From an uncultured bacterium (GTDB taxonomy: Bacteria > Actinomycetota > Acidimicrobiia > Spongiisociales > JAHEDJ01): DNA of 33,156 nucleotides. Position 1 is the stretch's first letter; every line of letters starts with the position of its first letter. The DNA lies in NCBI GenBank assembly GCA_965363685.1, contig CBDTUP010000001.1, positions 1-33,156 of the forward strand. The letters are read 5' to 3'. Position numbers and translations under genes: made by a program. The notes under the pieces were generated by a model. That model was not told the DNA's origin, made no database searches, and saw nothing but the letters and a program-made list of their open reading frames with translations. Below are positions 26,426 through 33,156 of the stretch, piece after piece.

Positions 26426-26725
26426 ATGCAAGAAGCTCACAAGAAGGCCGCTCTCAACCGTCTGAAGACTGTGAAGGGCCACCTCGATGCAGTCATCGGC
26501 ATGGTGGAGGATGACAGATACTGCCCGGAAGTCATGAAGCAGGTGTCTGCACTGCAGGGGTCGTTGGAGAAGGTGAACCGCATTCTCCTACAGAACCACC
26601 TCGAGACTTGTGTCGCACATGCCGTCGACGAAGGGCGTACTCCCGAAGTCGTCGACGAACTGATGGAAGTAATGAAATACACGGCGGCAGTGACCGGACC
26701 GGCACCGAACTTGGAGGCAATGTGA
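26426..26725 (+). CDS. csoR: Copper-sensing transcriptional repressor CsoR
   Basis: MQEAHKKAALNRLKTVKGHLDAVIGMVEDDRYCPEVMKQ...NHLETCV. The Cu(I) ligand pattern C...H-x3-C of the CsoR/RcnR family is present, and the gene lies upstream of copZ-copA. Confidence 0.85.
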   Translation: MQEAHKKAALNRLKTVKGHLDAVIGMVEDDRYCPEVMKQVSALQGSLEKVNRILLQNHLETCVAHAVDEGRTPEVVDELMEVMKYTAAVTGPAPNLEAM

Positions 26726-26931
26726 CCACCCAAACCCTTTCCGTCCCAGACATCTCCTGTGGACACTGCAAGATGTCCATCGAGGGCGCCCTCAACGAGC
26801 TAGATGGCGTCTCCAAAGCAGAGGTACATATCGAACCTCGCACAGTCGACATCGCATGGAGCGAAGACACCGTGACCCTCGATGCAATCATCGATGCCAT
26901 CGAAGGACAGGGATACGACGTAGCCCGCTAG
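26722..26931 (+). CDS. copZ: Copper chaperone CopZ (HMA domain)
   Basis: GTG at 26722 overlaps the csoR stop (GTGA) and is preceded by GGAGG (26713-26717). VTTQTLSVPDISCGHCKMSIEGAL... carries the CxxC metal-binding loop in a ferredoxin-like fold of 69 aa. Confidence 0.8.
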   Translation: MTTQTLSVPDISCGHCKMSIEGALNELDGVSKAEVHIEPRTVDIAWSEDTVTLDAIIDAIEGQGYDVAR

Positions 26932-26952
26932 CAACAAGGACCTTTGAGCCGA

Positions 26953-29190
26953 ATGACCGATCAGGCAACTGCCACCGAGACACTCACCTTTGACGTAGAG
27001 GGCATGACTTGCGCGTCGTGCGCGGTACGCGTCGAACGCATCCTGAACCGGCAGGAGGGAGTCGCGGCAGTCGTCAACTACGCGGGCGGAGAGGCGAAAG
27101 TCGACATCTCCGACGAAGTCGAAATCGAGGCGTTGCGTTCTGCAGTTGCAAAGATCGGATACGAAATCAACCTCGTCACGGACGAGGTTGATCGAGTTTC
27201 ACAGGTCGAGCGATACACGGAAGAGGAGCGCTACCAGTGGCGCAACTTCCTCCTGGCGGCGCTCTTCACTGCCCCCGTGATGATCCTCGGCATGTTCGGG
27301 CCCGACGCACGGTGGAGTCACCTGCTGCAGTGGGTTCTCGTGACACCTGTTGAATTCCTTTTCGGCTGGCAGTTTCACAAGGTCGCCGCCAAGCAACTCC
27401 GCTCGTTCGGAGCAAGCATGGACACCCTCGTCTCGATAGGAACGCTCTCCGCCTACTTGTTCTCGATCTGGGCACTGTTTGCCGGTGAAGCTGTCTTTTT
27501 CGAAACGGCCGGCGCAATCATCACGTTCATTCTTCTCGGCCGATACTTCGAAGCGCGCGCCAAGGGTCGCGCCTCAGCCGCAATAACCAAGCTCCTCGAG
27601 TTGGGTGCCAAGGAGGCTCGCCTGTTGCGTGATGGGGACACCGTCCTGGTTCCGATTGATCAGGTAGTCGCGGGTGATCTCATGGTCGTTAAACCCGGTG
27701 AAAAGATCCCAACCGACGGCGAGATCGCAGATGGTTCGTCGTCTCTCGACGAGAGCATGCTTACCGGGGAGTCGATGCCGGTCGACAAGACAGTTGGCGA
27801 TGAGGTCTTCGGAGCCACCCTGAATCAACAGGGTTATTTGACCATTCGAGCGACCAAGGTCGGACAGGAGACAGCGCTCCAGCAGATCGTCAAGCTCGTC
27901 TCTGACGCTCAGGCCTCTAAGGCTCCTATTCAGCACCTCGTCGACAGGGTTTCGGGGGTGTTCGTACCCGTCGTAATCCTCATCGCCGTTGTCACGTTTG
28001 CGCTCTGGATGGGGATTGGCGGAGAGATCACGCCTGCCGTCCGGGCCGCGGTAGCGGTTTTGATCATCGCCTGTCCGTGTGCGCTCGGCCTGGCCACTCC
28101 CACCGCCATCATGGTCGGGAGTGGACGTGGAGCCGAACTTGGAGTGGTATTCAAGGGTGCCGAGATCTTCGAACGAGCACAGTCGATCGACACGGTGGTA
28201 TTCGACAAGACGGGCACTCTCACCCGTGGCCTGATGACCCTGACTGAAGTTGTCACCCACGGCGACCAGGATGAGTTCCTCTATCTGGCTGCCTCGGTCG
28301 AAGGGGCCTCTGAACACCCGATCGCCCGTGCCGTGGCGCTGGGTGCCGAAGAACGTGACATCGAGCTCGGCAGTGTTTCCGACTTCGAGAACGTTCCGGG
28401 CCGCGGAGTGGTGGGCACGGTCGACGAGGTCGAGGTGATCGTCGGAACGGCCAAATTCCTGTCCGATCGCGGTCTTGAGATTCCGTCACTATTCAGTGAC
28501 GCCCTGGAACGGTTGGCCGATTCCGGACAGTCGGCATTTCTTGCCGGATGGGATGGATCCGCGCGTGGGGCTCTGGCGGTGGCAGATGTTGTTCGGCCTG
28601 CTTCAGCGCCGGCAATCAAGCACTTGCGCGAGATGGGCGTCGAGGTGGCGATGCTCACTGGAGACAACCAGCGCGCCGCCGCCTCTATCGCGAAATCCGT
28701 CGGCATCGATCGCGTCCTCTCCGAAGTCATGCCCGGCGACAAAGCGGCGGAGGTGGCGCGACTTCAGGCTGAAACGCGCAAGGTCGCCTTCGTTGGAGAC
28801 GGCATCAACGACGCCCCCGCATTGACCCAGGCGGACCTCGGCATGGCAGTCGGAACGGGTACCGATATCGCCATCGAGGCCGGCGACGTGATATTGATGT
28901 CTGGCGATCCTGAGCTTGCAGATACCGCCATGAGACTGGCTCGCGCCACCTTCAAGACGATCAAGCAGAATCTCTTTTGGGCCTTCTTCTACAACACGGC
29001 GATGATCCCTCTCGCTGCGCTCGGGTTCCTCAATCCCATGTTCGCGGCTGCCGCGATGGCCTCGTCCAGTGTCACCGTCGTCACCAACAGCCTCCGCCTC
29101 CGTCGCTTTGGAGCAACCGACTCAGACGTGTCGACGCCACCAACTAGCCTGATTCCCAATGAAATGGCTCAATTGGCACGAGAAGCCTGA
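26953..29190 (+). CDS. copA: Copper-translocating P1B-type ATPase
   Basis: N-terminal HMA (GMTCASC), TGES, CPC in the TM helix, DKTGTLT, SEHPIA and GDGINDAP. The start is ATG at 26953, with an ORF-track alternative TTG at 26944. Confidence 0.9.
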   Translation: MTDQATATETLTFDVEGMTCASCAVRVERILNRQEGVAAVVNYAGGEAKVDISDEVEIEALRSAVAKIGYEINLVTDEVDRVSQVERYTEEERYQWRNFLLAALFTAPVMILGMFGPDARWSHLLQWVLVTPVEFLFGWQFHKVAAKQLRSFGASMDTLVSIGTLSAYLFSIWALFAGEAVFFETAGAIITFILLGRYFEARAKGRASAAITKLLELGAKEARLLRDGDTVLVPIDQVVAGDLMVVKPGEKIPTDGEIADGSSSLDESMLTGESMPVDKTVGDEVFGATLNQQGYLTIRATKVGQETALQQIVKLVSDAQASKAPIQHLVDRVSGVFVPVVILIAVVTFALWMGIGGEITPAVRAAVAVLIIACPCALGLATPTAIMVGSGRGAELGVVFKGAEIFERAQSIDTVVFDKTGTLTRGLMTLTEVVTHGDQDEFLYLAASVEGASEHPIARAVALGAEERDIELGSVSDFENVPGRGVVGTVDEVEVIVGTAKFLSDRGLEIPSLFSDALERLADSGQSAFLAGWDGSARGALAVADVVRPASAPAIKHLREMGVEVAMLTGDNQRAAASIAKSVGIDRVLSEVMPGDKAAEVARLQAETRKVAFVGDGINDAPALTQADLGMAVGTGTDIAIEAGDVILMSGDPELADTAMRLARATFKTIKQNLFWAFFYNTAMIPLAALGFLNPMFAAAAMASSSVTVVTNSLRLRRFGATDSDVSTPPTSLIPNEMAQLAREA

Positions 29191-30007
29191 GTTGCACGAA
29201 CCGACTGTTCTAGTCGGCTTCTCCGGATGGAGCGATGCCGCCGATGCAGCCAGCGGTGCCGTCGGCTATCTGCTGGAACAGGCCACCCAGATCACTCCCA
29301 TCGCCTCGATCACATCAGAGGACTTTTTCGACTTCAGCCAGACGCGGCCGGAGATTCACATCAGCTCAGGCGTGAACCAGGGAATCGCCTGGCCGGCCAT
29401 TCGCCTCAACCTGGTTCGGCTACCTGATTGGAACGGCGATCTGGTGGTGGTCGACGGCCCTGAGCCGGAGTTTCGCTGGCCTACCCTTACGGACGCCCTG
29501 GTCGACGCCTTCCACGAGCTTGACGCGACCTCAATCGTGCTCTTCGGATCATTCGTCGGCCGCATCGCGCACACACTCCCGGTGCCGATCATGGCGGTCG
29601 CCAGCGATGAGGGTCTGCTTCGGGAGAACCAACTCCTGACTACCGACTACGAAGGTCCCACAGGCATCGTCGGCGCTCTCAACGCCGCCTGCAGCAGTGC
29701 AGGGTTCTCAACACTCGGACTCTGGGCTGCCATCCCCCATTACCTGGCGGCCAATCCCAATCCTCGGGCGATGAAAGCTCTACTGGAGATAGCTTCGGAC
29801 GTCACCGAAATCTCAATCAACCTCGACGTACTCGAAGCGGAATCAGTTGACTTTCATCGGCAGATCGAAGCGGCGGTGGCCGCATCGTCGGACCTCTCGG
29901 AGTACATCGCCGGCCTCGAAGACGACGCCGACGATCTGATAGTGGAGCCTGAAGCCGGCGAACGACTGGTCAACGAGATCGAACGATTCCTGCGCGAACC
30001 CGACTGA
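29159..30007 (+). CDS. PAC2 (proteasome assembly chaperone 2-like) family protein
   Basis: 282 aa. The N-terminal [21 protein letters not shown] matches my recollection of the actinobacterial PAC2 motif GW.DAG.AAS.A, and the C-terminal tail is acidic. The gene overlaps the copA 3' end by 32 nt. An alternative TTG start at 29192 would remove the overlap. Confidence 0.65.
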   Translation: MKWLNWHEKPELHEPTVLVGFSGWSDAADAASGAVGYLLEQATQITPIASITSEDFFDFSQTRPEIHISSGVNQGIAWPAIRLNLVRLPDWNGDLVVVDGPEPEFRWPTLTDALVDAFHELDATSIVLFGSFVGRIAHTLPVPIMAVASDEGLLRENQLLTTDYEGPTGIVGALNAACSSAGFSTLGLWAAIPHYLAANPNPRAMKALLEIASDVTEISINLDVLEAESVDFHRQIEAAVAASSDLSEYIAGLEDDADDLIVEPEAGERLVNEIERFLREPD

Positions 30008-30011
30008 ACGG

Positions 30012-30671
30012 ATGAAACCCTCCGGCCAACCACTCTCGCCCCCTTCGCCAGAGGAACGCCGCAGTCGGGTTGACTTCTCGCCCGATTGGATCCTGGCAGG
30101 TGTTCTCATCGTCGGATTGGTGGTAATGCTCACCGCCATCAGTGGCGGCTCAAGCGCCGACCTATCAGCTACCGGACCGCGAATGGCAGTCGGTATGACC
30201 CCTACCGACGGTGCTATCACCATGCGCCTGGCCACGTGTGGATCAGAGTCCATTTCCTTGTTGGCCTTGCAGGCGGTGGAGCAGGACCTCACCCTGTGGG
30301 AGGCGGTCGCCGTTGATCCAGACAGCCGCACCGTCTTCGTGGTCGGCCAGGCGCCGACGACCTTCGTTGAAACTGTGCCGCTCATCGAGGAACTGCCGCG
30401 CGGAGCATTGCTTGAAGCCCGGATCGAGACGGATGAGATGCACTCGGTGCAATTCCTCCTTGCTGATCTGCTGCCGGACCTATGGAGCTACGAGGGCAAC
30501 TACTACCCGGAAGCGGTCATAGCTACCGCCATCGAAGACGCCAGCGGTTGCGGGGCGGTGATCGACGAAACGACGAGCGGGCGCCGGGTTTTGATGCTGA
30601 TCGGCTTCTTGACTGCCGCAGCGGCAGGAGCCGGACTGGTAGCTAGGCGAATGGTCGAACCCGGTCGGTAG
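30012..30671 (+). CDS. Hypothetical protein with N- and C-terminal TM anchors
   Basis: 219 aa. It starts 4 nt after the PAC2 stop. TM helices are at about residues 26-42 and 194-212, flanking a soluble domain of about 150 aa with 2 Cys. No family recognised. Confidence 0.5.
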   Translation: MKPSGQPLSPPSPEERRSRVDFSPDWILAGVLIVGLVVMLTAISGGSSADLSATGPRMAVGMTPTDGAITMRLATCGSESISLLALQAVEQDLTLWEAVAVDPDSRTVFVVGQAPTTFVETVPLIEELPRGALLEARIETDEMHSVQFLLADLLPDLWSYEGNYYPEAVIATAIEDASGCGAVIDETTSGRRVLMLIGFLTAAAAGAGLVARRMVEPGR

Positions 30672-30689
30672 ACCCTCCCAATACCGAAA

Positions 30690-30723
30690 CACCGACAACG
30701 CGCCGGTCAGCGCGTTGTCGGTG
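30690..30723. terminator. Strong hairpin between convergent transcription units (bidirectional terminator candidate)
   Basis: CACCGACAACGCGC (30690-30703), loop CGGTCA, GCGCGTTGTCGGTG (30710-30723), a perfect 14-bp stem. It lies 19 nt after the stop at 30671 (plus strand) and 43 nt after the bS22 stop (minus strand). U-tracts are poor on both sides. Confidence 0.65.
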
Positions 30724-30765
30724 AAACGAGGTCCACTTGGACCGCTCGGTTGTCTTGCGGCGCGA

Positions 30766-30858
30766 CTACCTCTTGCGCTTGTGGCGGTTTGCCTTCAGAC
30801 GCTTACGGTACTTGTGCTTCGACATCTTCTTGCGCCGCTTCTTGACCAGCGAACCCAT
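30766..30858 (-). CDS. 30S ribosomal protein bS22 (actinobacterial, 30 aa)
   Basis: Minus-strand ATG at 30858 runs to TAG at 30768..30766. Translation: MGSLVKKRRKKMSKHKYRKRLKANRHKRKR. This closely resembles the mycobacterial bS22 pattern MGS.IKKRRKRMSKKKHRKLL. The SD GGAGAGGA lies 7 nt upstream. The CDS is below the 60-aa cutoff of the ORF track. Confidence 0.8.
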   Translation of the reverse strand: MGSLVKKRRKKMSKHKYRKRLKANRHKRKR

Positions 30859-30936
30859 GCAGAAATCCTCTCCAGAAATCGGTGGATGGAGCTACAGGAT
30901 GCCTGCTTCCGGCCTATTTCGCAAACTAGATCGGCC

Positions 30937-31785
30937 TCAACGAAGCCCGACCGCGGCGATCTCAGGCATCAACACGACTCCTTGATCCTCCAGTGCACCG
31001 GCAAGGGCCGCCGCCACCTGATCAGCTTCGTTCGGGCCTGTAATCGCAAGGATCGACGGCCCGGCTCCGCTCCAGCAAGCATGCATGGCACCGGCAGATC
31101 TGGCCGTGAACATGAGATCCTCCGACTCCGGGAAGAGTGCACCGCGCGGCGCCTCGTGGAGTTCATCTCCGGCAGCAGCGGCAAAAAGTTGGGGATCCCC
31201 GGAACGAAATGCTTCGACCAGAGCTATCGCCCGTGCTACCGACCTGGCGGCAACTTCATGCTCGATCACTTCCGGCAGTGCCTGGCGGGCCCACTTCGTA
31301 GGTAGACGACGGGACGGCACTGCCACCACCACTCGAAGATCCTCATGGATTTCGAGCGGCCGCACGACCGTCCCAACCACTACCACCAAGCCGCCGAAGA
31401 CGGCGGCGCCCACGTTGTCGCCATGGCCTTCCAGGTCCGTGGCCAATCGGAAGACTCGCTCAGGGTCCGCTTCTCCGAGGACCGCCCTCGAGGCGGCCGC
31501 GGCCCCTGCTACAAACGCGGCTGCAGATGAACCCAGTCCACGTCCGAGCGGGATGTCGTTGAACACCTCGAGAGTCAGCGGGTTGTCGTCACCTACAGCG
31601 GCTTGCGCGGCGATGAGGACCGCATCGGCATCAGTCGGCGACGGGGCGTGTGGACCGTGGTGAGAAACCGACCACTCGCCGGCCACTTCGGCTACGACCC
31701 GGCATGTGATCTCCAGGGCCAGGGCAACCGAGTCGAAGCCGGGGCCCAGATTTGCCGAAGAGCTCGGAGCAAGGGCCTCAGCCAC
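30937..31785 (-). CDS. thrB: Homoserine kinase
   Basis: PSSSANLGPGFD (motif I) and GRGLGSSAAA (GHMP motif II). The start was set to GTG at 31785 (VAEALAPSSSANLGPGFD), 4 nt after the CDF stop. The ORF-track start at 31899 overlaps the CDF gene. Confidence 0.8.
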   Translation of the reverse strand: MAEALAPSSSANLGPGFDSVALALEITCRVVAEVAGEWSVSHHGPHAPSPTDADAVLIAAQAAVGDDNPLTLEVFNDIPLGRGLGSSAAAFVAGAAAASRAVLGEADPERVFRLATDLEGHGDNVGAAVFGGLVVVVGTVVRPLEIHEDLRVVVAVPSRRLPTKWARQALPEVIEHEVAARSVARAIALVEAFRSGDPQLFAAAAGDELHEAPRGALFPESEDLMFTARSAGAMHACWSGAGPSILAITGPNEADQVAAALAGALEDQGVVLMPEIAAVGLR

Positions 31786-32692
31786 GGGAAGAGGTTTCGA
31801 GCTCAACGAAGATGTTGCCGGCGTGCGGGAGCGTTGAACGAATGGCCGTTTCCACGTCGTCGATTGCCGCTTCGACGCTTTCATCGTCGAGGCCGTCAAC
31901 GAAATCGACGTCGATATTCACGAGTATCTGGTCGGCCCCCATGTGCATCGTCAGGAGTCGGCCTACACCGCTCACCTGCCGCAATCCCAGAACCGCGGCC
32001 ATGACGCCGGCTCGATCGCTGCGGCTGGCGGCCTCCCCAATGAGCAGCGCCTTGGTTTCGATTGCTAGGAGAATCGCCACAGCTGCCAGCAGTGCTCCGA
32101 TGAGCAGTGACGCAACTGCGTCCCAGACGGGATCGCCGGTGGCGGACGCCAGGATCATTCCCGTCATGGCAACTACGAGGCCGGCCAGGGCAGCCGAGTC
32201 CTCGAGAAGCACAACGAGAATCGCAGTGTCCTTGGTACCACGGAAGGTCCTCCAGTTGGAGCGGGTTCCACGTACGCGGCGGAACTCTCTGTATGCATAG
32301 AAGAACACTGCTCCTTCGATGACCAAAGCGACCCCGAGGACAATGACATTGACGACGATATCTTCGAGTTCGTGGGGATGACGGAGGGCTTCGATGCCGT
32401 GTTGTATGGAGAGGACCGCCCCGCCCACGAACAACATGACGGCCACCATGAAGCTCCAGAAGTAGGTTTCCTTGCCTCGTCCGAAGGGGTGATCGGCATC
32501 GGCCGGTTGCTTCGACTCAGACATGCCTCGCAACAGAAGAGCCTGATTGCCGGTGTCGGCGACAGAGTGCCAGGCCTCGGATAGCATCGCGGCAGAACCG
32601 GTCAATCCGGCTGCCGCGAACTTCGCGACGGCAATGAGCCCATTTCCTGTTAGTGCGGCGACGACCGCGGTGCGAGATCCCTCTGCTGCCAT
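31778..32692 (-). CDS. Cation diffusion facilitator (CDF) family metal efflux transporter
   Basis: 304 aa with six TM helices and a C-terminal cytoplasmic domain. The TM2 motif is HSVADTGNQ and the TM5 motif is LEDSAALAG. TAGAAT lies 6 nt upstream of the ATG. Confidence 0.85.
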   Translation of the reverse strand: MAAEGSRTAVVAALTGNGLIAVAKFAAAGLTGSAAMLSEAWHSVADTGNQALLLRGMSESKQPADADHPFGRGKETYFWSFMVAVMLFVGGAVLSIQHGIEALRHPHELEDIVVNVIVLGVALVIEGAVFFYAYREFRRVRGTRSNWRTFRGTKDTAILVVLLEDSAALAGLVVAMTGMILASATGDPVWDAVASLLIGALLAAVAILLAIETKALLIGEAASRSDRAGVMAAVLGLRQVSGVGRLLTMHMGADQILVNIDVDFVDGLDDESVEAAIDDVETAIRSTLPHAGNIFVELETSSRG

Positions 32693-32698
32693 GCGGCG

Positions 32699-32775
32699 AT
32701 TCTAAGAGATGCTGAGCTCGGAGCGAGACGAGATGGCCGAGCCGCGACATCGAGGCCCGATTGGGAAGCTACCGT
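32699..32775. promoter_or_regulatory. Back-to-back leaderless-type -10 elements (CDF / GNAT)
   Basis: Minus strand: TAGAAT (32704..32699) lies 6 nt before ATG at 32692. Plus strand: TACCGT (32770-32775) lies 6 nt before ATG at 32782. Confidence 0.5.
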
Positions 32776-32781
32776 TTGGGT

Positions 32782-33156
32782 ATGTGGGCACCACCATCAC
32801 TGGCGAGTCCGCGCCTCAACCTCTCCAAGGTCGGCGAGGGCGATCGTATCGACATCCTCGATGGCTACGCGTGGGACCCTGAAGTCACCAGGTACCTCAC
32901 CTGGACCCCAAGGACCGACGTCGGTCAGGTCGACGAGTTCATAGCCGATCGCCTGCGCCGGTGGGAAACCGGAGAATCGTTCACGTGGGTCCTGCGGTTG
33001 GAAGCCTCCAATGAGCTGGTCGGAATGGTCGAAGCGAGGGTGGATTCTCACCGAATCGAACTCGGGTACGTCGTCGTCCGCCGCTTCTGGGGCAACGGGT
33101 TCGCCACCGAAGCCGTTCGGGCAGTGGTGGATTGGGCAGCGGCCGAACCGGCAGTC
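32782..33156 (+). CDS. GNAT family N-acetyltransferase (RimJ/RimL-like), 3'-truncated by the window edge
   Basis: The frame is open from ATG at 32782 to the window end. Translation: ...RLNLSKVGEGDRIDILDGYAWDPEVTRYLTWTP...FIADRLRRWETGESFTWVLR...LVGMVEARVDSHRIELGYVVVRRFWGNGFATEAVRAVVDWA. It has the typical R(L).L....D......D.EV..YL and G(Y/W).....WG.G.ATEA motifs. It is absent from the ORF track because there is no stop in the window. Confidence 0.7.
   Translation, partial: MWAPPSLASPRLNLSKVGEGDRIDILDGYAWDPEVTRYLTWTPRTDVGQVDEFIADRLRRWETGESFTWVLRLEASNELVGMVEARVDSHRIELGYVVVRRFWGNGFATEAVRAVVDWAAAEPAV

Noticed and set aside
25607-26482. A long 291-aa minus-strand ORF, plus similar long antisense ORFs at 16876..17748, 18576..19415, 23235..24158, 11446..12189, 27574..28317 and 20726..21427.
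   Set aside because: These are typical high-GC shadow ORFs. They lie antisense to genes with unmistakable family motifs, their translations are Arg/Gly/Pro/Ser-rich with no recognisable motifs, and they overlap real genes almost completely.
32693-32781. A NiCo (czcD-motif) riboswitch upstream of the CDF transporter.
   Set aside because: The TAGAAT -10 element is only 6 nt from the ATG, which implies a leaderless mRNA. No four-way-junction-like structure is evident in the 89-bp spacer.
32709-32880. An alternative N-terminus or frameshift for the GNAT gene (frame MLSSERDEMAEPRHRGPIGKLPFGYVGTTITGESA...).
   Set aside because: That frame terminates after about 57 codons. The ATG at 32782 has the same TAnnnT-6-ATG geometry as other unit heads and gives a normal GNAT N-terminus (RLNLSKV...). 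No frameshift is needed.
1-33156. A defence island, mobile element, CRISPR array, toxin-antitoxin pair, or tRNA/rRNA gene.
   Set aside because: No repeat-spacer arrays, terminal inverted repeats, transposase/integrase/recombinase-like ORFs, nuclease/ATPase/helicase defence-type ORFs or tRNA-like T-loop sequences were seen on either strand. GC content and codon usage are uniform except in short regulatory spacers.

Overview
This is a high-GC, actinobacterial-type chromosomal segment. Actinobacterial hallmarks include a bS22 gene, a PAC2-family gene, a DUF3159-like gene, an LCP pair and many leaderless-looking starts. Most of the content is core or housekeeping.

Gene content, in order:
- A ROK sugar kinase and a DUF3159-like membrane protein.
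- Two tandem divergent LCP paralogs separated by a perfect 21-bp tandem repeat array (1.8-4.2 kb).
- A Zur-type metal-uptake locus at 4.2-7.2 kb, with SBP-permease divergent from zur-ATPase.
- DUF547 and GATase1 genes.
- A contiguous, translationally coupled purC-purS-purQ-purL-purF-purM operon (9.5-16.0 kb).
- A small SH3-like gene and a class-III aminotransferase.
- An Lnt homologue whose catalytic Cys position reads Ser.
- Genes for an IMPase, an amidohydrolase, a VOC protein, a TauE protein, an SDR and an M3 peptidase.
- A small basic zinc-ribbon-like CDS with a long AT-rich leader.
- A csoR-copZ-copA copper operon that continues into a PAC2-family gene and a membrane-anchored hypothetical (26.4-30.7 kb).
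- On the minus strand, CDF transporter-thrB-bS22. The 30-aa bS22 CDS is missing from the ORF track.
- A 3'-truncated GNAT gene.

I found no CRISPR array, IS element or transposase, integrase, tRNA or rRNA gene, toxin-antitoxin pair or recognisable defence system. I do not think the window holds an obvious novel multi-gene system.

The most unusual signals are:
- the 21-bp repeat array;
- the non-canonical LCP pair;
- the Cys-to-Ser Lnt homologue;
- the small Zn-ribbon CDS and its leader;
- a candidate terminated sRNA or 3'UTR at 17.75-17.92 kb;
- a consistent leaderless promoter architecture (TAnnnT 6-8 nt before the start codon) at 15 transcription-unit heads.

All family calls rest on motif recognition by eye. 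No database search, HMM or folding program was run.
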